Assembly (NCBI GenBank): GCA_030141605.1
Contig: JAQGDQ010002406.1
Span: 1-64,000, forward strand
Direction of reading: 5' to 3'
DNA from: Tubiluchus corallicola
Taxonomy: Eukaryota; Animalia; Priapulida
Length of the DNA: 64,000 bases
Part shown: piece by piece, positions 1-11,177 of the stretch
Layout of the letters: every line of letters begins with the position of its first letter
Numbering within the stretch: position 1 is the first letter of the stretch
Translations under genes and position numbers: made by a program
The notes under the pieces: generated by a model
The model's input: the letters and a program-made list of their open reading frames with translations, nothing else
Database searches by the model: none
What the model was told of the DNA's origin: nothing

Positions 1-828
1 ATCCCCTATCAGCTTCTCCAAGGTCATACGGGCAATCTCCCGACGATATGGATCAAAACTGGACAAGATAACAGCTTCCGGAGTATCGTCGACAATCACA
101 TCGACACCGGTAACCGTCTCAAATGCCCTGATATTTCTACCCTCTCTGCCGATGATCCTACCCTTCATGTCGTCACTTGGTAAATTCACTGTGGAGACCG
201 TAATCTCCCCGATATACTCAGGGGCGCAGCGCTGAATAGCCGTCGCGATAATGCTCCTTGAGCGCTTGTCAGCTTCGGATTTTGCTTCCTCTTCGAGAGT
301 CTTGATGGTTCGCACGGACTCAATCCTGGCTTCTTCCACCATCTGATCCATCAGTATCTTCTTGGCTGTCTCTGATGTCATCTGGGATACACTCTCTATC
401 TCGGCAATGAGCTTATCCCGCAAAGAGGTAGACTCGTCCTGGAGCTTCTCGATAGTCTTCTCCTTTAAGGTGACTTCATTATCCCTTTTGTCGAGCAAGC
501 TTTCCTTTTTGTCCATGGTTTCCATTTTTTTATCAACCACTTCCTCTTTGTTCATCACTCGTTTTTCGTAAGCTGACACCTCTTTTCTCTTCTCTTTTGC
601 CTCTTTTTCCGCATCTTGGCGACCCTTAAAAACTATCTCCTTTGATTCCATCTTCGCTTCTTTGATTATCTCTGAAGACTCTCTTTTTGCTCTATCCGTT
701 ATATCGGCAGCAGTTTTGTTAAGTCTTATATTCTCTAAGTTAATGCGTCTCTTAACAACTATAGAACCACCAACAACACCTACTATAAGCGCAATAAGCA
801 CAAGTAGTAGCACTAACATAATATGCAT
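1..828 (-). CDS. rny: Ribonuclease Y (runs off the left window edge)
   Basis: Read by hand from the reverse strand: N-terminal TM helix, coiled coil, then KH motif [54 protein letters not shown] at 828 overlaps the upstream TGA and follows an AGGAGG RBS. Not in the ORF track because the stop lies outside the window. Confidence 0.95.
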   Translation of the reverse strand, partial: MHIMLVLLLVLIALIVGVVGGSIVVKRRINLENIRLNKTAADITDRAKRESSEIIKEAKMESKEIVFKGRQDAEKEAKEKRKEVSAYEKRVMNKEEVVDKKMETMDKKESLLDKRDNEVTLKEKTIEKLQDESTSLRDKLIAEIESVSQMTSETAKKILMDQMVEEARIESVRTIKTLEEEAKSEADKRSRSIIATAIQRCAPEYIGEITVSTVNLPSDDMKGRIIGREGRNIRAFETVTGVDVIVDDTPEAVILSSFDPYRREIARMTLEKLIGD

Positions 829-1370
829 CAATTCCTCCTGTAATTTCTTATCTCAGTCTGAATCGTGTCCAACGGGACATCAAATTCATTGAGGTCAAGC
901 TCGTCAACCTTCTGAAAATCATAAGCAAGACCGACAGTATGAAGAGAGCGCACCCTCTTCAAAAAACGATCATAGCAGCCCTTACCATAACCCAGCCTAC
1001 CGCAAGACGGATCAAACGCCACACAAGGCACCACTACAACATCGACATAATCGACATCACTAACGGTCTTCGGCTCAAGAACCGAACTCTCCAAGAACAT
1101 ATCGTCAAAACCAACAAACTTGCCCATAGCTATCTCACCATCAACCATCTTGGGCAAATAAACATCCTTATCTAAAGCGTGCAGCTCCAAAACAGAAGAC
1201 CGAACAGGAACCTCACCTTTTATCTCGGAATAAAGCATATAGCTCTCAAACTCTCCAAATTGCGAAAAAAATCTCTCCTTAATGACGCCAGCTGACAACT
1301 TTACAAACTCGGCATCTAAAGTCTGCCTTCTATCCAGAAGCTCCTTCCTGATTGCACTCTTGCTACTCAT
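828..1370 (-). CDS. ygfA: 5-formyltetrahydrofolate cyclo-ligase
   Basis: KSAIRKELL start and [10 protein letters not shown]...[13 protein letters not shown] motif. Lies in the usual zapA/6S/rny neighbourhood. Confidence 0.92.
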   Translation of the reverse strand: MSSKSAIRKELLDRRQTLDAEFVKLSAGVIKERFFSQFGEFESYMLYSEIKGEVPVRSSVLELHALDKDVYLPKMVDGEIAMGKFVGFDDMFLESSVLEPKTVSDVDYVDVVVVPCVAFDPSCGRLGYGKGCYDRFLKRVRSLHTVGLAYDFQKVDELDLNEFDVPLDTIQTEIRNYRRN

Positions 1371-2582
1371 AGTCTTTAGCAGAACCCCAGAGGCGCTTCA
1401 ATCTATTCAATATTTTGCCCTCAAACCCTTCCGAACCGGGATAGTAAAACTGCCCAGGTTCTGACATGTAGTTAGCAGACACAAAAGCTTCATCATAGTC
1501 GTGGGGATATTTGTAGCCAACCGCATTATGGCATATATTCCTCGGAACCACAGGGATTTCTCCATAAGATACGAGCGCACCTTTTTGCCCGCTACATAGC
1601 TCCTGTTGCTCTTGGGGCAAGACGCTAAATAGGTCAGCGTATGAGCTATAATATGTTCACCTTCAGGATAACCCACATGCTGAAACGCCCGCAAAGCTGA
1701 TTCGACAAAAACCAGCGCATCAGGATAAGCATTGCCGATATCTTCACTAGCACAGATGAGCAAACGTCGAAAAAGATCCTCAGGAGACACCCCATTTTGC
1801 AAAAGCTGAAAGCCCCACAATAGAGACGCATCAGGATCACTCCCACGAATACTCTTTATGAGCGCTGAAAGGATATCATAATACTCACCGGTCTCAAAGC
1901 TGCTGCTTCGCATAATCTCCTCAAAACCGTCCGAACTAGCATAGACTTTATTATCCTTCCTGACGCCGATCATGGCAAAAACCTCGAGAATCTTTAAAAA
2001 CCTCCTGCCATCTCCACAACACTCCTTGACAACCCTTTCATAAACCTCATCATCAAAGACCACTTCACTGACATTAAAATACTTGCACAAGTAGGGTTGA
2101 GCACGCAAATACAACACCTTGAGCGCATTATGGTCAAGGGGTAAAAACTCAAAAACGAAACTTCGTGAACGTAAAGCCGGAATAAGATAAGCGTATGGAT
2201 TTTCTGTAGATGCGCCTATCACCTTGGCTGAATAGGAATCTATCACATTTAGAAGAGCATCCTGCTGTAGCTTTGAATACCTGTGGATCTCGTCCACAAA
2301 AAGGAGTGTGCGAACACCAGATGACATATAGTCCGATACTATGGACTTCATCTCTTTTGCACCGCTGTTTGACGCATGAAGAGCATGAAACGGCATACCA
2401 AGAGACTCACCTGCAATCTTCGCCACAGAGGTCTTGCCAGTGCCTGGACTACCGACAAACATAAGAGAAACAAAAGAACCACTGTCCAGTATCTTCCTCA
2501 ACAAAGAACCACCAGACAACAATCTATCCTGACCTACCACATCATCAAAACATGAAGGTTTCAAATCTTCGCACAGCTGCAC
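1363..2582 (-). CDS. rarA: Replication-associated recombination protein A (AAA+ ATPase), apparent frameshift near 1560
   Basis: Walker A GSPGTGKTS, Walker B FVDEIHR, SALIKSIRGSDPDA and ASEDIGNA motifs. The C-terminal GYKYPHDY...FYYP is in another frame (ORF 1363..1620). Confidence 0.92.
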
Positions 2583-2783
2583 GTAATCCTCGCTATAAAA
2601 AATGTGCCCCCGAACCTTCTGACGCTGTGACAGTAAACATGATAAGAAACAAAACCCCTCTTCCCACCTTATTCAGGGATCGCTTCAATCTCACTTGAGA
2701 ACCGTAGCAAATAAACTTCACCGAAAAAAAAGAGCTCGGCTCTTATCTTAAAAAAATACCTAAAGTCACATAAGAGTAAAAAA

Positions 2784-2968
2784 ATGCCCCCGCAAGTGCC
2801 GTAAGATACAGCCAAATTGATGCCATGTACATCATGACTAGGGAACGCGTATCGGCTTTAGGCTTCCTAACTAAATCAGGCTTGCACACCACCAGAATAA
2901 CCTGTTCCCAAACTAAAAAATGTTGGCAACGAACCCGGCGCACATATACGCAAACACAGCAGGGGCAA
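2784..2968 (-). ncRNA. ssrS: 6S RNA
   Basis: About 185 nt directly downstream of zapA. The ends pair (UGCCCCUGC-UGUG with GCACUUGCGGGGGCA). Internal GGUGGUGUGCAAGCCUG...GGAAGCCUAAA resembles the conserved 6S core. A T-run follows. Canonical zapA-ssrS-ygfA synteny. Confidence 0.85.
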
Positions 2969-2989
2969 TACTCCAAATAATATCTGGTA

Positions 2990-3247
2990 CTATCTCAACT
3001 TATTCTCTATTTCGTCAACTAACTGCTTTGCTCTTTCAACGTCATCAGCCAGAAGAAAGAATTCGGCAGTTATATTCAATGCAGCCATCACCGCTATTCT
3101 CTGCGTCGTTTTGCTAGAGGTCTGCGCTGCGATGTCACTCATCTTTTTATTCAGATAGCTCTCAACCCTACTGACAAATTCCTCATTAACGTCGTCCGTG
3201 CTTATCTTGTAAGAATCACCGTATATAACAACATTGGAACTCGCCAT
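2990..3247 (-). CDS. zapA: Cell division protein ZapA
   Basis: 85 aa. VVIYGDSYKI...IAVMAALNITAE motif, adjacent to 6S RNA. Confidence 0.9.
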   Translation of the reverse strand: MASSNVVIYGDSYKISTDDVNEEFVSRVESYLNKKMSDIAAQTSSKTTQRIAVMAALNITAEFFLLADDVERAKQLVDEIENKLR

Positions 3248-3274
3248 CGCTCAAACACCTTCGTTCAATTAGCA

Positions 3275-3466
3275 TCACACTTTATCTATGAGGCCCTGCA
3301 CTTTACTCTTTATCAGTTCGCGTTCAGCATTCAACTCACGGATATCTCTGTACAACTCATCAATCTGGGCAACAAGCGTGGTCTTCTCCTCCCTGAGAGA
3401 TATCACCTCATCCAAGAGACCATCCACCAACGAATTTAATTGTATAAGTTTGTCCAACATATCCAT
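3275..3466 (-). CDS. ZapB-like small coiled-coil protein
   Basis: 63-aa heptad coiled coil directly upstream of zapA. Confidence 0.7.
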   Translation of the reverse strand: MDMLDKLIQLNSLVDGLLDEVISLREEKTTLVAQIDELYRDIRELNAERELIKSKVQGLIDKV

Positions 3467-3596
3467 AGTGATACTAAACCATTTTTACAATTTTTGTCAA
3501 TCAGTTTTCCGTAAGCAAACACACGAGCAGTACACAGCTCCTTTGGAGTATTTTGCTACTTATATTTCTAAAGTCGATACTCAAAATATTTACAAG

Positions 3597-3626
3597 TTGC
3601 AAAAACATGCACTAGTATACTATAAT
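3597..3626 (+). promoter_or_regulatory. Putative sigma70 promoter
   Basis: TTGCAA-18 nt-TATAAT upstream of the ORF at 3680. Confidence 0.45.
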
Positions 3627-3679
3627 AGGGGGTTAGCTTCCATAGATAAATTAAAATTCACCAGGGGTGCTTTACTAAA

Positions 3680-4465
3680 ATGACAGTCAACACACAGCTA
3701 GAAAATCAAGCTCTGAGGTCTACACGCTCTTACATAAAGGTCGTCAGGGCTCACGCTATAATCAAAGAAGGGCAGGTATCTCAATATTTTGCCACTTGTG
3801 TTTTGTCCATTAAGGATGCCCGCAATGACGACGAAGAGGTCTATACGGCATTAATATCACCACTTGTGAACCAAAAGGATGAACACGGTATTTACCACCC
3901 GCCACCGCATGATGAAAACAAGTTTTCCGTCTTCATAAATCATAAAAACAAAACCGTGCAGTTTTCCCCTATGGATAGCATGAAGATAAGTCAAAAATTT
4001 CGCGGCAAAGGACTGGCAAGCTATGTTATGTCAGAACTGATAAGCATCATAAAAGAGAGAGCCTCAGGCTATAGCATACTTGCAAATGAGTTTACTTTGC
4101 CCAAGATGGAAGCAAAATACGATTCAACTCTCAGACTTGAATTTTTGTCAAATTTTGGCATTTATGCCACCATTAATGACGAAGGAGAAGAAAAAATTGT
4201 CACGTATGAGCTATCCGTAGATGCTATAAAACCATACTACAACACAGCAAAGATCAAAGAGGTAGAGGTGGAAAGATATATGCTGGAGCTTGTAAATGAA
4301 AATATCAGGATAAAGGATAGCCTGAATTCAAAAAATAATGACCCCAGCAGCCCTGGCACAAGTAATACCGGAAGATTCTTCAGCTTTGAAAACGTGGAAT
4401 TCGTCAAATGGGGGGCCATCGCCATCATCGCCATAGCTTTTATCATAATAGCCTACATTTTATGA
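3680..4465 (+). CDS. Hypothetical protein, GNAT-like motif and C-terminal TM helix
   Basis: 261-aa ORF with QKFRGKGLASYVM (acetyl-CoA motif A-like) and a hydrophobic C-terminus. Its stop overlaps the next ATG. Confidence 0.7.
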   Translation: MTVNTQLENQALRSTRSYIKVVRAHAIIKEGQVSQYFATCVLSIKDARNDDEEVYTALISPLVNQKDEHGIYHPPPHDENKFSVFINHKNKTVQFSPMDSMKISQKFRGKGLASYVMSELISIIKERASGYSILANEFTLPKMEAKYDSTLRLEFLSNFGIYATINDEGEEKIVTYELSVDAIKPYYNTAKIKEVEVERYMLELVNENIRIKDSLNSKNNDPSSPGTSNTGRFFSFENVEFVKWGAIAIIAIAFIIIAYIL

Positions 4466-5622
4466 CAGGTTTGATACAGAGAATACAGTTCACAACTTTG
4501 TTAGCAATCTCTTCTGCAAGACTGGTGCTCAAGCACAAGATATTTAACCATGCTGCTGCCATATCTTACTATTTTCTATTTTCAATGATCCCTGTATTTC
4601 TGCTTTTTATGTACATCGTCGATAGATATCTTGCAGAATACCCCGATTTTGCGGACAGATTTTATGACATTTTATTCGTTATCAATACTAACCTGAATGA
4701 AGACTTCTTCTCGTATATAGGATTGTCTTCGGGGAAAGCTGCTGCTTTTGGCATCTTTGGTCTAATAAACCTTTTGTGGGCGACAAGGTTTGCCATGAGC
4801 TCCATACAGGACACATTCTCGGTCATATTCCAAGAAGAGGAGCCTAGGCATATTGTGTTGAACTTCATCATGTCTTTTGTAATACTTCCCGCTCTAATGG
4901 TCGTGGTGATGATTGCTGTTTTGCAGTATCATCTGTTTGACATTGTGCTGAATGTTCTAAACTTCACGCACACACCTATAATCTTGACAAATATGATAAA
5001 GAGCGTCTACTCCTTTGCGCTCCCTCTACTCTTCATCTTCATAGGTGCTTATACCATGTATACATACGTGCCAGAAAAGAGAATGAAAAAACGGCACACC
5101 GTCCTGGGAGCTCTGACCGCCACAGTACTGATAGTTATACTAAAGAATAGCTTTGGCCTGTTCATAAACATAGACAGATTCAATATAGTATACGGCTCCA
5201 TATCCACAGTTATATTGATAATGCTATACACCTACTTTGCCATGATAATATTCTTCTTTGTGGCTATACTGATAGATCTCTTTGACAGGATGAACTCTTT
5301 TGTAATCGCAGCATATATATCCGGCAAAGGGATCACTCACAAAGTTCTGTGGAGAAATACCGTCACGGGAATAAGGAGAAAAATAATCACCCCAAAAAAG
5401 GGATGTTTCTACTACGTCATGCAGGGACAACTTGAGGTCATATCAAAAAAGAGCGGAGACTATATGAGAAATATCACCGTCGGGAAATATACAAAGATAG
5501 ACATGGACACAGAAGTCGCAAAAATAACCCAAAACGCAAGAATACTGGTAATTCAAAAAGAGTACGTGAAAGATATAAATCGCTTCTGCTCTATCTTGGG
5601 CTGGGGAAGATCGCTAACTTAA
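4462..5622 (+). CDS. YihY/BrkB family membrane protein with C-terminal soluble extension
   Basis: HAAAISYYFLFSMIP and YGSISTVILIMLYTY motifs, multiple TM helices. ATG 4462 is coupled to the upstream stop. Confidence 0.85.
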   Translation: MTGLIQRIQFTTLLAISSARLVLKHKIFNHAAAISYYFLFSMIPVFLLFMYIVDRYLAEYPDFADRFYDILFVINTNLNEDFFSYIGLSSGKAAAFGIFGLINLLWATRFAMSSIQDTFSVIFQEEEPRHIVLNFIMSFVILPALMVVVMIAVLQYHLFDIVLNVLNFTHTPIILTNMIKSVYSFALPLLFIFIGAYTMYTYVPEKRMKKRHTVLGALTATVLIVILKNSFGLFINIDRFNIVYGSISTVILIMLYTYFAMIIFFFVAILIDLFDRMNSFVIAAYISGKGITHKVLWRNTVTGIRRKIITPKKGCFYYVMQGQLEVISKKSGDYMRNITVGKYTKIDMDTEVAKITQNARILVIQKEYVKDINRFCSILGWGRSLT

Positions 5623-5625
5623 AAA

Positions 5626-8412
5626 TCAGATCGAATCGAGAACGAGCTTGAGAGAGATATGCTCAAACATCTCTTTTGAAAATGCCTCATCAACATAGCG
5701 GATATTGGCTTCAAAGCTGTCCATTCTGGCATTTCTCAAATCATTCATGGCTTTAAGCAGGTATGTCCTGTAATCGTCTGGATAACCTTCTTCAAGTCCC
5801 AACATGCTGCTTGCAAATCGACCCTCGTTGTAGTTTATGATCGCATACAAAGCCGTGTAGTATTTCGTGTATAGGTCTTGGTGCTCAAGGCTTCGCAGGG
5901 AAGAGATGGAAGCTTCCGCATTCACAAAATCCATCATCCACAAAAAATAGTACGCAGAAGCTTTATACAAAGCAGGATAACCAAATCCAGCAGCGGAGAT
6001 GCTCCTCAATATTTTGTGTGCTTCTGAGGATCTATTCAGGTATATGTTGTAATAAACCTTTTCCTTTGACACATTGTTTATCCCCACATATTGATCGGTA
6101 TATTTCTCAGAGTAAGTGCCATCCATTGAGAGCTTGATATATTTGTAGCCAAATATTGCCACCCTATCGTCGCTCAAAGTTTCAGGGACAGCGCCCAAAC
6201 CTAGAGAAGCAGCACTCAGGAGATAAACAAGAGTCTCGCCCCTAAATATGTTTGAAGAGAGCAGAGGCTTTATATATTCGATATTACCGTTCTCTACATA
6301 ATCGATGTAGGAAACAAGAGCCGTAAGGTATCTGTTCGGGGGACCTTCATCCTTTTGCATTGAATGCTCCGCCTTGATGATATCAAAATCCTCCATAGCA
6401 GCAACGGCAAGATATGCAGCATTTCTCAAGATGGGCGGCAAAATCTCACCCCCATCGTTGTGATCATCGAATTCTCCCATCATCCGGTAAGCCAACTCAA
6501 AGTTGTCGTAAGCTCTTCTTCTTGAACCGCTAATGTATTCCGCAATACCGAGACCTAAATAAGCTGGTATTGTATATCTGTTATGAACTATGGAAAGATT
6601 AAAGTAATCATGAGCATCCTTCATTTTACCCAATAGGAGGCTGGAAAGGCCCAAGTTATACAAGATGTAAGAATCGTAATCCAATATTTCATGGGCTTTT
6701 AAGAAGTGACGGTATGCGTTCTCATAGTCGTAGCTGAGGTAAAAGGCGACTCCTTGGTTGTTTAGCTTTATCGCATCAGAAAAATCCACCGTCTTATACA
6801 GCTCCATCAAGGCGGGATTGTACTCCTCCGCATAGTGAAGCCTGTAGGCATGGGACAAAAACTTCTGCAGCTCGTTGGGCTCCATAAAGAGAGGATAGAT
6901 AAGGGTGGATGCTACATCAACTCCGTTGCCGTGAAAACGGTAAGAAAGATCCATATCATCCAAAACAGGCTCGAGCTTAAAATTCAAGAGGGGCTGCCTC
7001 TGGGCAAGCAGAACATTGTTGTATGGAGTATTAAACAGATCAAACAACGCCTCCCTATCGGCACTATTCCAGCTGATAACGAGTTTGTACCAAAAATATT
7101 CAGGTTCAGTAGGCAGTATCTGTTCTATATGTGTCAAGGCGTTCTCGTAATCTCCCACCTGTATATCCAAAAAGGCTCTCATCATGTGATAGCCCTCTGT
7201 ATCGCGATCTTTCACATTTTCAAGGCTTGCCCTGGCTTTATCTATCTCGCCCTTTTCTATGTGGTATATGGCTCTTGAGAGTTCTATATAATCGCTGCTC
7301 GGTCTATTGAATATATACTTTCTGGCGTCCTCAATCCCGTCAACCTTGAACTGGTATAGATAAAGATATCTCACGTAATAGTAAACTATCCTATCATCTT
7401 TGATCCGCTCGACCGCTTCTTCTATAAATTTGCCCGCTGCACCGAGCTGGCGTTGGGCGATCATAATGTCATGATATAGCTTAATGGTGGGAACATCATC
7501 CGGATAGTCGTTGTGCAAAAACTTTACTTCATCCAAAGCTTTTTCGAGCTCAAAGTCAAGGTAGTAAGAAAAAGCGAGCCTGTACCTGTTTTCCAAAGAG
7601 GGCAAGATGGCGATGAGCTTCGTTAATGCGCTGCTCTCTTTGCTGTATTCCTGCATATCGTGGAACAGTCTTGCCAGTTTGTCGTAAGACTCTACAGTGA
7701 TGGCGTTATCCGACAACGCATTGTTTGCATAAAACAGGGCTTCTGGCCTGTTTTTTAATGCCCAGTAACCTCTGGCAAGATTGTAGTGCACCGCAAACGT
7801 CTTCGGGTAGATGCCTTCCAAGATAGCAATGCCCTCATCCAGTTCGCCTATCATTATCAAAAAGTTGGCATAATTTGTCAGAAAAAAGTCAGAAGCGGGA
7901 TCTATCTCAGCAGCTATACTGTAGTAATATGCAGCCTTTGGCGTCACGCCTTGGTTCAGATAGACGTTTGCCATATGTATATACGTCTTTGCGTTTCTAT
8001 CCTCTGGGGGCACGAGCGACAGTTGGGCTTCCGCCTCCTCCACCCTTCCGAGCTGCGCCAAGACGGAAGCGAGATTCATCCTAGCCTCAGCAAACCCCGG
8101 TTCCTCTTCGACGGCAAGCCTAAAATTCCTCTCAGCACCGTCAAGGTCATCCAGCATATACAGGGACACCCCTATATTGTAAAACGCCGCTGACCTATTC
8201 TCTTTAAGCGCCTGCTCATAAAACTCAATGGCTCTGTTCAACTCACCATCTATAAAAAACTTATTGCCCTTGTATATCTCATAATCATCAACTTGGGCCA
8301 CAGAGCTTATAGGAGATGACGCCATAGCATCATCATCCATGATCTTCCTATCGCCCTGGGAGCAGGCCTGAAAAAATAACAGAGGAAATACTAAAGAAAA
8401 CACCCATCTCAT
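5626..8412 (-). CDS. Large TPR-repeat lipoprotein
   Basis: Lipobox-like LLFFQAC and many TPR repeats (AFYNIGVSLY, ARMNLASVLAQLG, LYNLGLSSLLLG). Confidence 0.8.
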   Translation of the reverse strand: MRWVFSLVFPLLFFQACSQGDRKIMDDDAMASSPISSVAQVDDYEIYKGNKFFIDGELNRAIEFYEQALKENRSAAFYNIGVSLYMLDDLDGAERNFRLAVEEEPGFAEARMNLASVLAQLGRVEEAEAQLSLVPPEDRNAKTYIHMANVYLNQGVTPKAAYYYSIAAEIDPASDFFLTNYANFLIMIGELDEGIAILEGIYPKTFAVHYNLARGYWALKNRPEALFYANNALSDNAITVESYDKLARLFHDMQEYSKESSALTKLIAILPSLENRYRLAFSYYLDFELEKALDEVKFLHNDYPDDVPTIKLYHDIMIAQRQLGAAGKFIEEAVERIKDDRIVYYYVRYLYLYQFKVDGIEDARKYIFNRPSSDYIELSRAIYHIEKGEIDKARASLENVKDRDTEGYHMMRAFLDIQVGDYENALTHIEQILPTEPEYFWYKLVISWNSADREALFDLFNTPYNNVLLAQRQPLLNFKLEPVLDDMDLSYRFHGNGVDVASTLIYPLFMEPNELQKFLSHAYRLHYAEEYNPALMELYKTVDFSDAIKLNNQGVAFYLSYDYENAYRHFLKAHEILDYDSYILYNLGLSSLLLGKMKDAHDYFNLSIVHNRYTIPAYLGLGIAEYISGSRRRAYDNFELAYRMMGEFDDHNDGGEILPPILRNAAYLAVAAMEDFDIIKAEHSMQKDEGPPNRYLTALVSYIDYVENGNIEYIKPLLSSNIFRGETLVYLLSAASLGLGAVPETLSDDRVAIFGYKYIKLSMDGTYSEKYTDQYVGINNVSKEKVYYNIYLNRSSEAHKILRSISAAGFGYPALYKASAYYFLWMMDFVNAEASISSLRSLEHQDLYTKYYTALYAIINYNEGRFASSMLGLEEGYPDDYRTYLLKAMNDLRNARMDSFEANIRYVDEAFSKEMFEHISLKLVLDSI

Positions 8413-8545
8413 GAATACAAGGATACTACAATTCAACTTCCAAGTAAAATCTTTATTTAAGCAGCAAGCCCCACGTCTTGCACCGTAGATAACGCCGGCG
8501 AACCATAAGCTGCCGCTCTATCCGGGCTACGCTGCAACAGCACCA

Positions 8546-10872
8546 CTAGCTACAGTGGGAGTATCCGCAAGAATAACAAACGTCGCACCCCTCCACAAAG
8601 CTTATGGGAGCTCCACACTCAGGACAAGCGCCGTTCTTCACGGATAAGGGATTGCTCAACTCGACTATATCGTCATCTTCCCATTCATCTAGTATGGCAT
8701 CCACCGTCATGACCTTCTCGATAGCATTTCCAGAAGGGGCAGCAATCACTCCAACAGGGTATTTTGCCCCCTGTTCCAAAGCTTTGCCGACCGCATCAGC
8801 GCAAGATAATATTTGGTTCGGCCCAAACCCGCTCTTCATATGGCAAGATATCCCCTTCAGCTGCCCCACGAGTATCTGCGGATCACAACCGGAACGCAAA
8901 GACACCGATATAAGCCGCCCTATGGCCTCACACTGACTGGTTGCACAACCACCAGCCTTCCCTATGCTCGTAAATACCTCAAAAGGCTTCCCCTCTTCAT
9001 CCTGATTTAGCGTAACGTAGAGCTTTCCACACCCTGTTATCATCTCCAAAGTTTTGCCCACCAGCATCTTGGGGCGAGGACGAGGAGCAAAGAGAGCCTC
9101 ATTCTCCGCAACATGAGATACCACCTCGCTGCTCACGGTTGCTTCCGTTGAGCCAACGTTCAATACCTGCTCGTCACGACAGCCATCCCTGTATATGGTG
9201 GTGCCTTTACAATTAAGACTATAAGCTAAAGCATAGACCTTCTTTACATCCTCAACTGTAGCGTCAAATCCGAAATTTACGGTTTTGCTAACTGCGTTGT
9301 CAGTGTACTTCTGAAAAGCTGCCTGCACCTTTATGTGCCACTCAGGGGAAATCTCGTGGGCAGTTACGAATATATCCTGCCATTTTGCAGGGACCGAAGG
9401 GTTGTTATGAAGAAAACCCTCTTTGGCAACAGTATTGGCAAGGTCTTCGGAGTAGAAACCCTCGCGCTTTGCAACATCCACAAAGAGAGAATTCACCTCC
9501 GGAAGCTTATCTCCATCCATGACGTATCTGTAAAAGGCTATGGCAAAATAAGGCTCTATGCCAGAAGATGCGCCAGCTAGTATCGATATGGTGCCCGTTG
9601 GAGCTATGGTTGTGGTCGTAGCATTCCTCAAGTGGGTAAAACCCATGGCAGGATATATACTGTCATCAAACCCCGGAAAGCTCCCCTCTTCTCGGCAAGC
9701 TCCACTGATGCTTTTCGCGAATTATCCCTGATAAACTTCATGACCTCTTCCGCAAGCTCCAAAGACTTGTCAGAGTTGTACGGCACCTCCAACATAACGA
9801 GCATATCCGCCCAACCCATGACCCCTAAGCCTATTTTTCTGTTGCGCTTGGTCATCTTGTCAATCTCTTCTATCGGATAGCTGTTCATGTCTATTACGTT
9901 GTCGAGAAAGTGCACAGCCTTGTGTATCGTGCTCCTAAGAGCATCCCAATCTATCTCCTTACCTACGACAAACTTAGCAAGGTTTATGGAACCAAGATTA
10001 CACGATTCATAAGGGAGAAGAGGCTGCTCACCACAGGGGTTGGTACTCTCTATCTTCCCTTCCTTCGGGGTTGGGTTGTCTTTATTAATCTTGTCTATAA
10101 AGATTATACCGGGGTCTCCACCCTGGTGAGCAAGACTGACCATGGTGTCAAAAACTTCCCCCGCGTTCAGAGAGCCCTGCTTTGAGCCGTCCCTGGGATT
10201 GATCAGAGCATAATCCTCACCCTTCTTCACAGCTTTCATAAACTTATCCGTAACCGCAACAGAAAGATTGAAGTTGCTCAAGTTGTCTTTATCCTTCTTT
10301 GCATTAATGAAACTCATAATGTCCGGATGATCAACATTGAGGATGCCCATATTGGCGCCTCTCCTCGTTCCACCCTGTTTTATAGTCTCAGTAGCACTGT
10401 CAAAAACGCTCATAAAGGAAACAGGGCCACTCGAAACACCCTTGGTGGACATGACCGTATCATCACTAGGTCTAAGACGCGAAAATGAAAACCCAGTACC
10501 GCCACCGGACTTGTGAATAAGAGCCGTGTTCTTGACGGATTCAAATATGCCGCTAAGAGAATCTTCAATGGGAAGAACAAAACACGCAGCCAGTTGCTGT
10601 AGATCTCCTCCGGCATTCATCAGCGTGGGAGAGTTTGGCAAGAAACGCAAAGACACCATCTCTTCATAAAACGAAGAAGCAACAGCATCAATGTCAGCAC
10701 CGACATCATATATGCTGTCGGCTGATGCAATGTTATATGCAACCCGCATAAACATATCTTTTGGCGTCTCCGGAACGCCAGACTTGCTGTTAATCTTAAG
10801 ATATCTCTTCTCCAAAACCCTTATGGCATTCTCACTCAAAACCACATCAGACGCATGTTTGCTCAATTTCAT
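8546..10872 (-). CDS. nrdJ: Class II (B12-dependent) ribonucleotide reductase with C-terminal TSCPD and zinc-ribbon region, 1-nt frameshift near 9675
   Basis: FLPNSPTLMNAG, QLAACFV, STNPCGEQPL, SCNLGS, RNATTTTIAPTGTIS, SCADA and CPECG...CYSCGYSHC motifs. Adding one C at TTCCGGGG restores F-P-G-F-D and joins the two ORFs. Confidence 0.93.
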
Positions 10873-11161
10873 ACTAAAACCCCTCCGCTGCTCTATATCT
10901 AAAACCTTAACTTGTCATGCAAAACTTTAAGTTATCACGTTAAAAAATTTATAGCACAACATGACTTTTACGCAAACAGCCATATTTCATTCAAACATGG
11001 GGAACGTTCCCCTTTTTACTATGTATTCTGACTTTCGCCCGGGGAAAAAAGTTTTCATTAAATTTTCCTCAACTTTTCTCACACTCCGAATCTCGAAATA
11101 TAAGCTCGAAATATAGAGATAAATATCTCATATCTCATTGATAACACTACAAAAATTATAC

Positions 11162-11177
11162 TACAGACTGGTCTGTA
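11162..11177. promoter_or_regulatory. Palindromic putative TetR operator TACAGAC-TG-GTCTGTA
   Basis: Perfect 7-2-7 inverted repeat about 90 bp upstream of a TetR-family gene, in the divergent nrdJ/TetR gap. Confidence 0.65.

Noticed and set aside
8461-8535. tRNA gene (GTAGC..GGATAGAGC resembles a D-arm)
   Set aside because: No proper T-arm, acceptor stem or anticodon arm can be built.
9628-9680. Natural NrdJa/NrdJb split or programmed frameshift
   Set aside because: The break falls inside the catalytic core just before RNATTTTIAPTG and one added C repairs it, matching the window-wide indel pattern.
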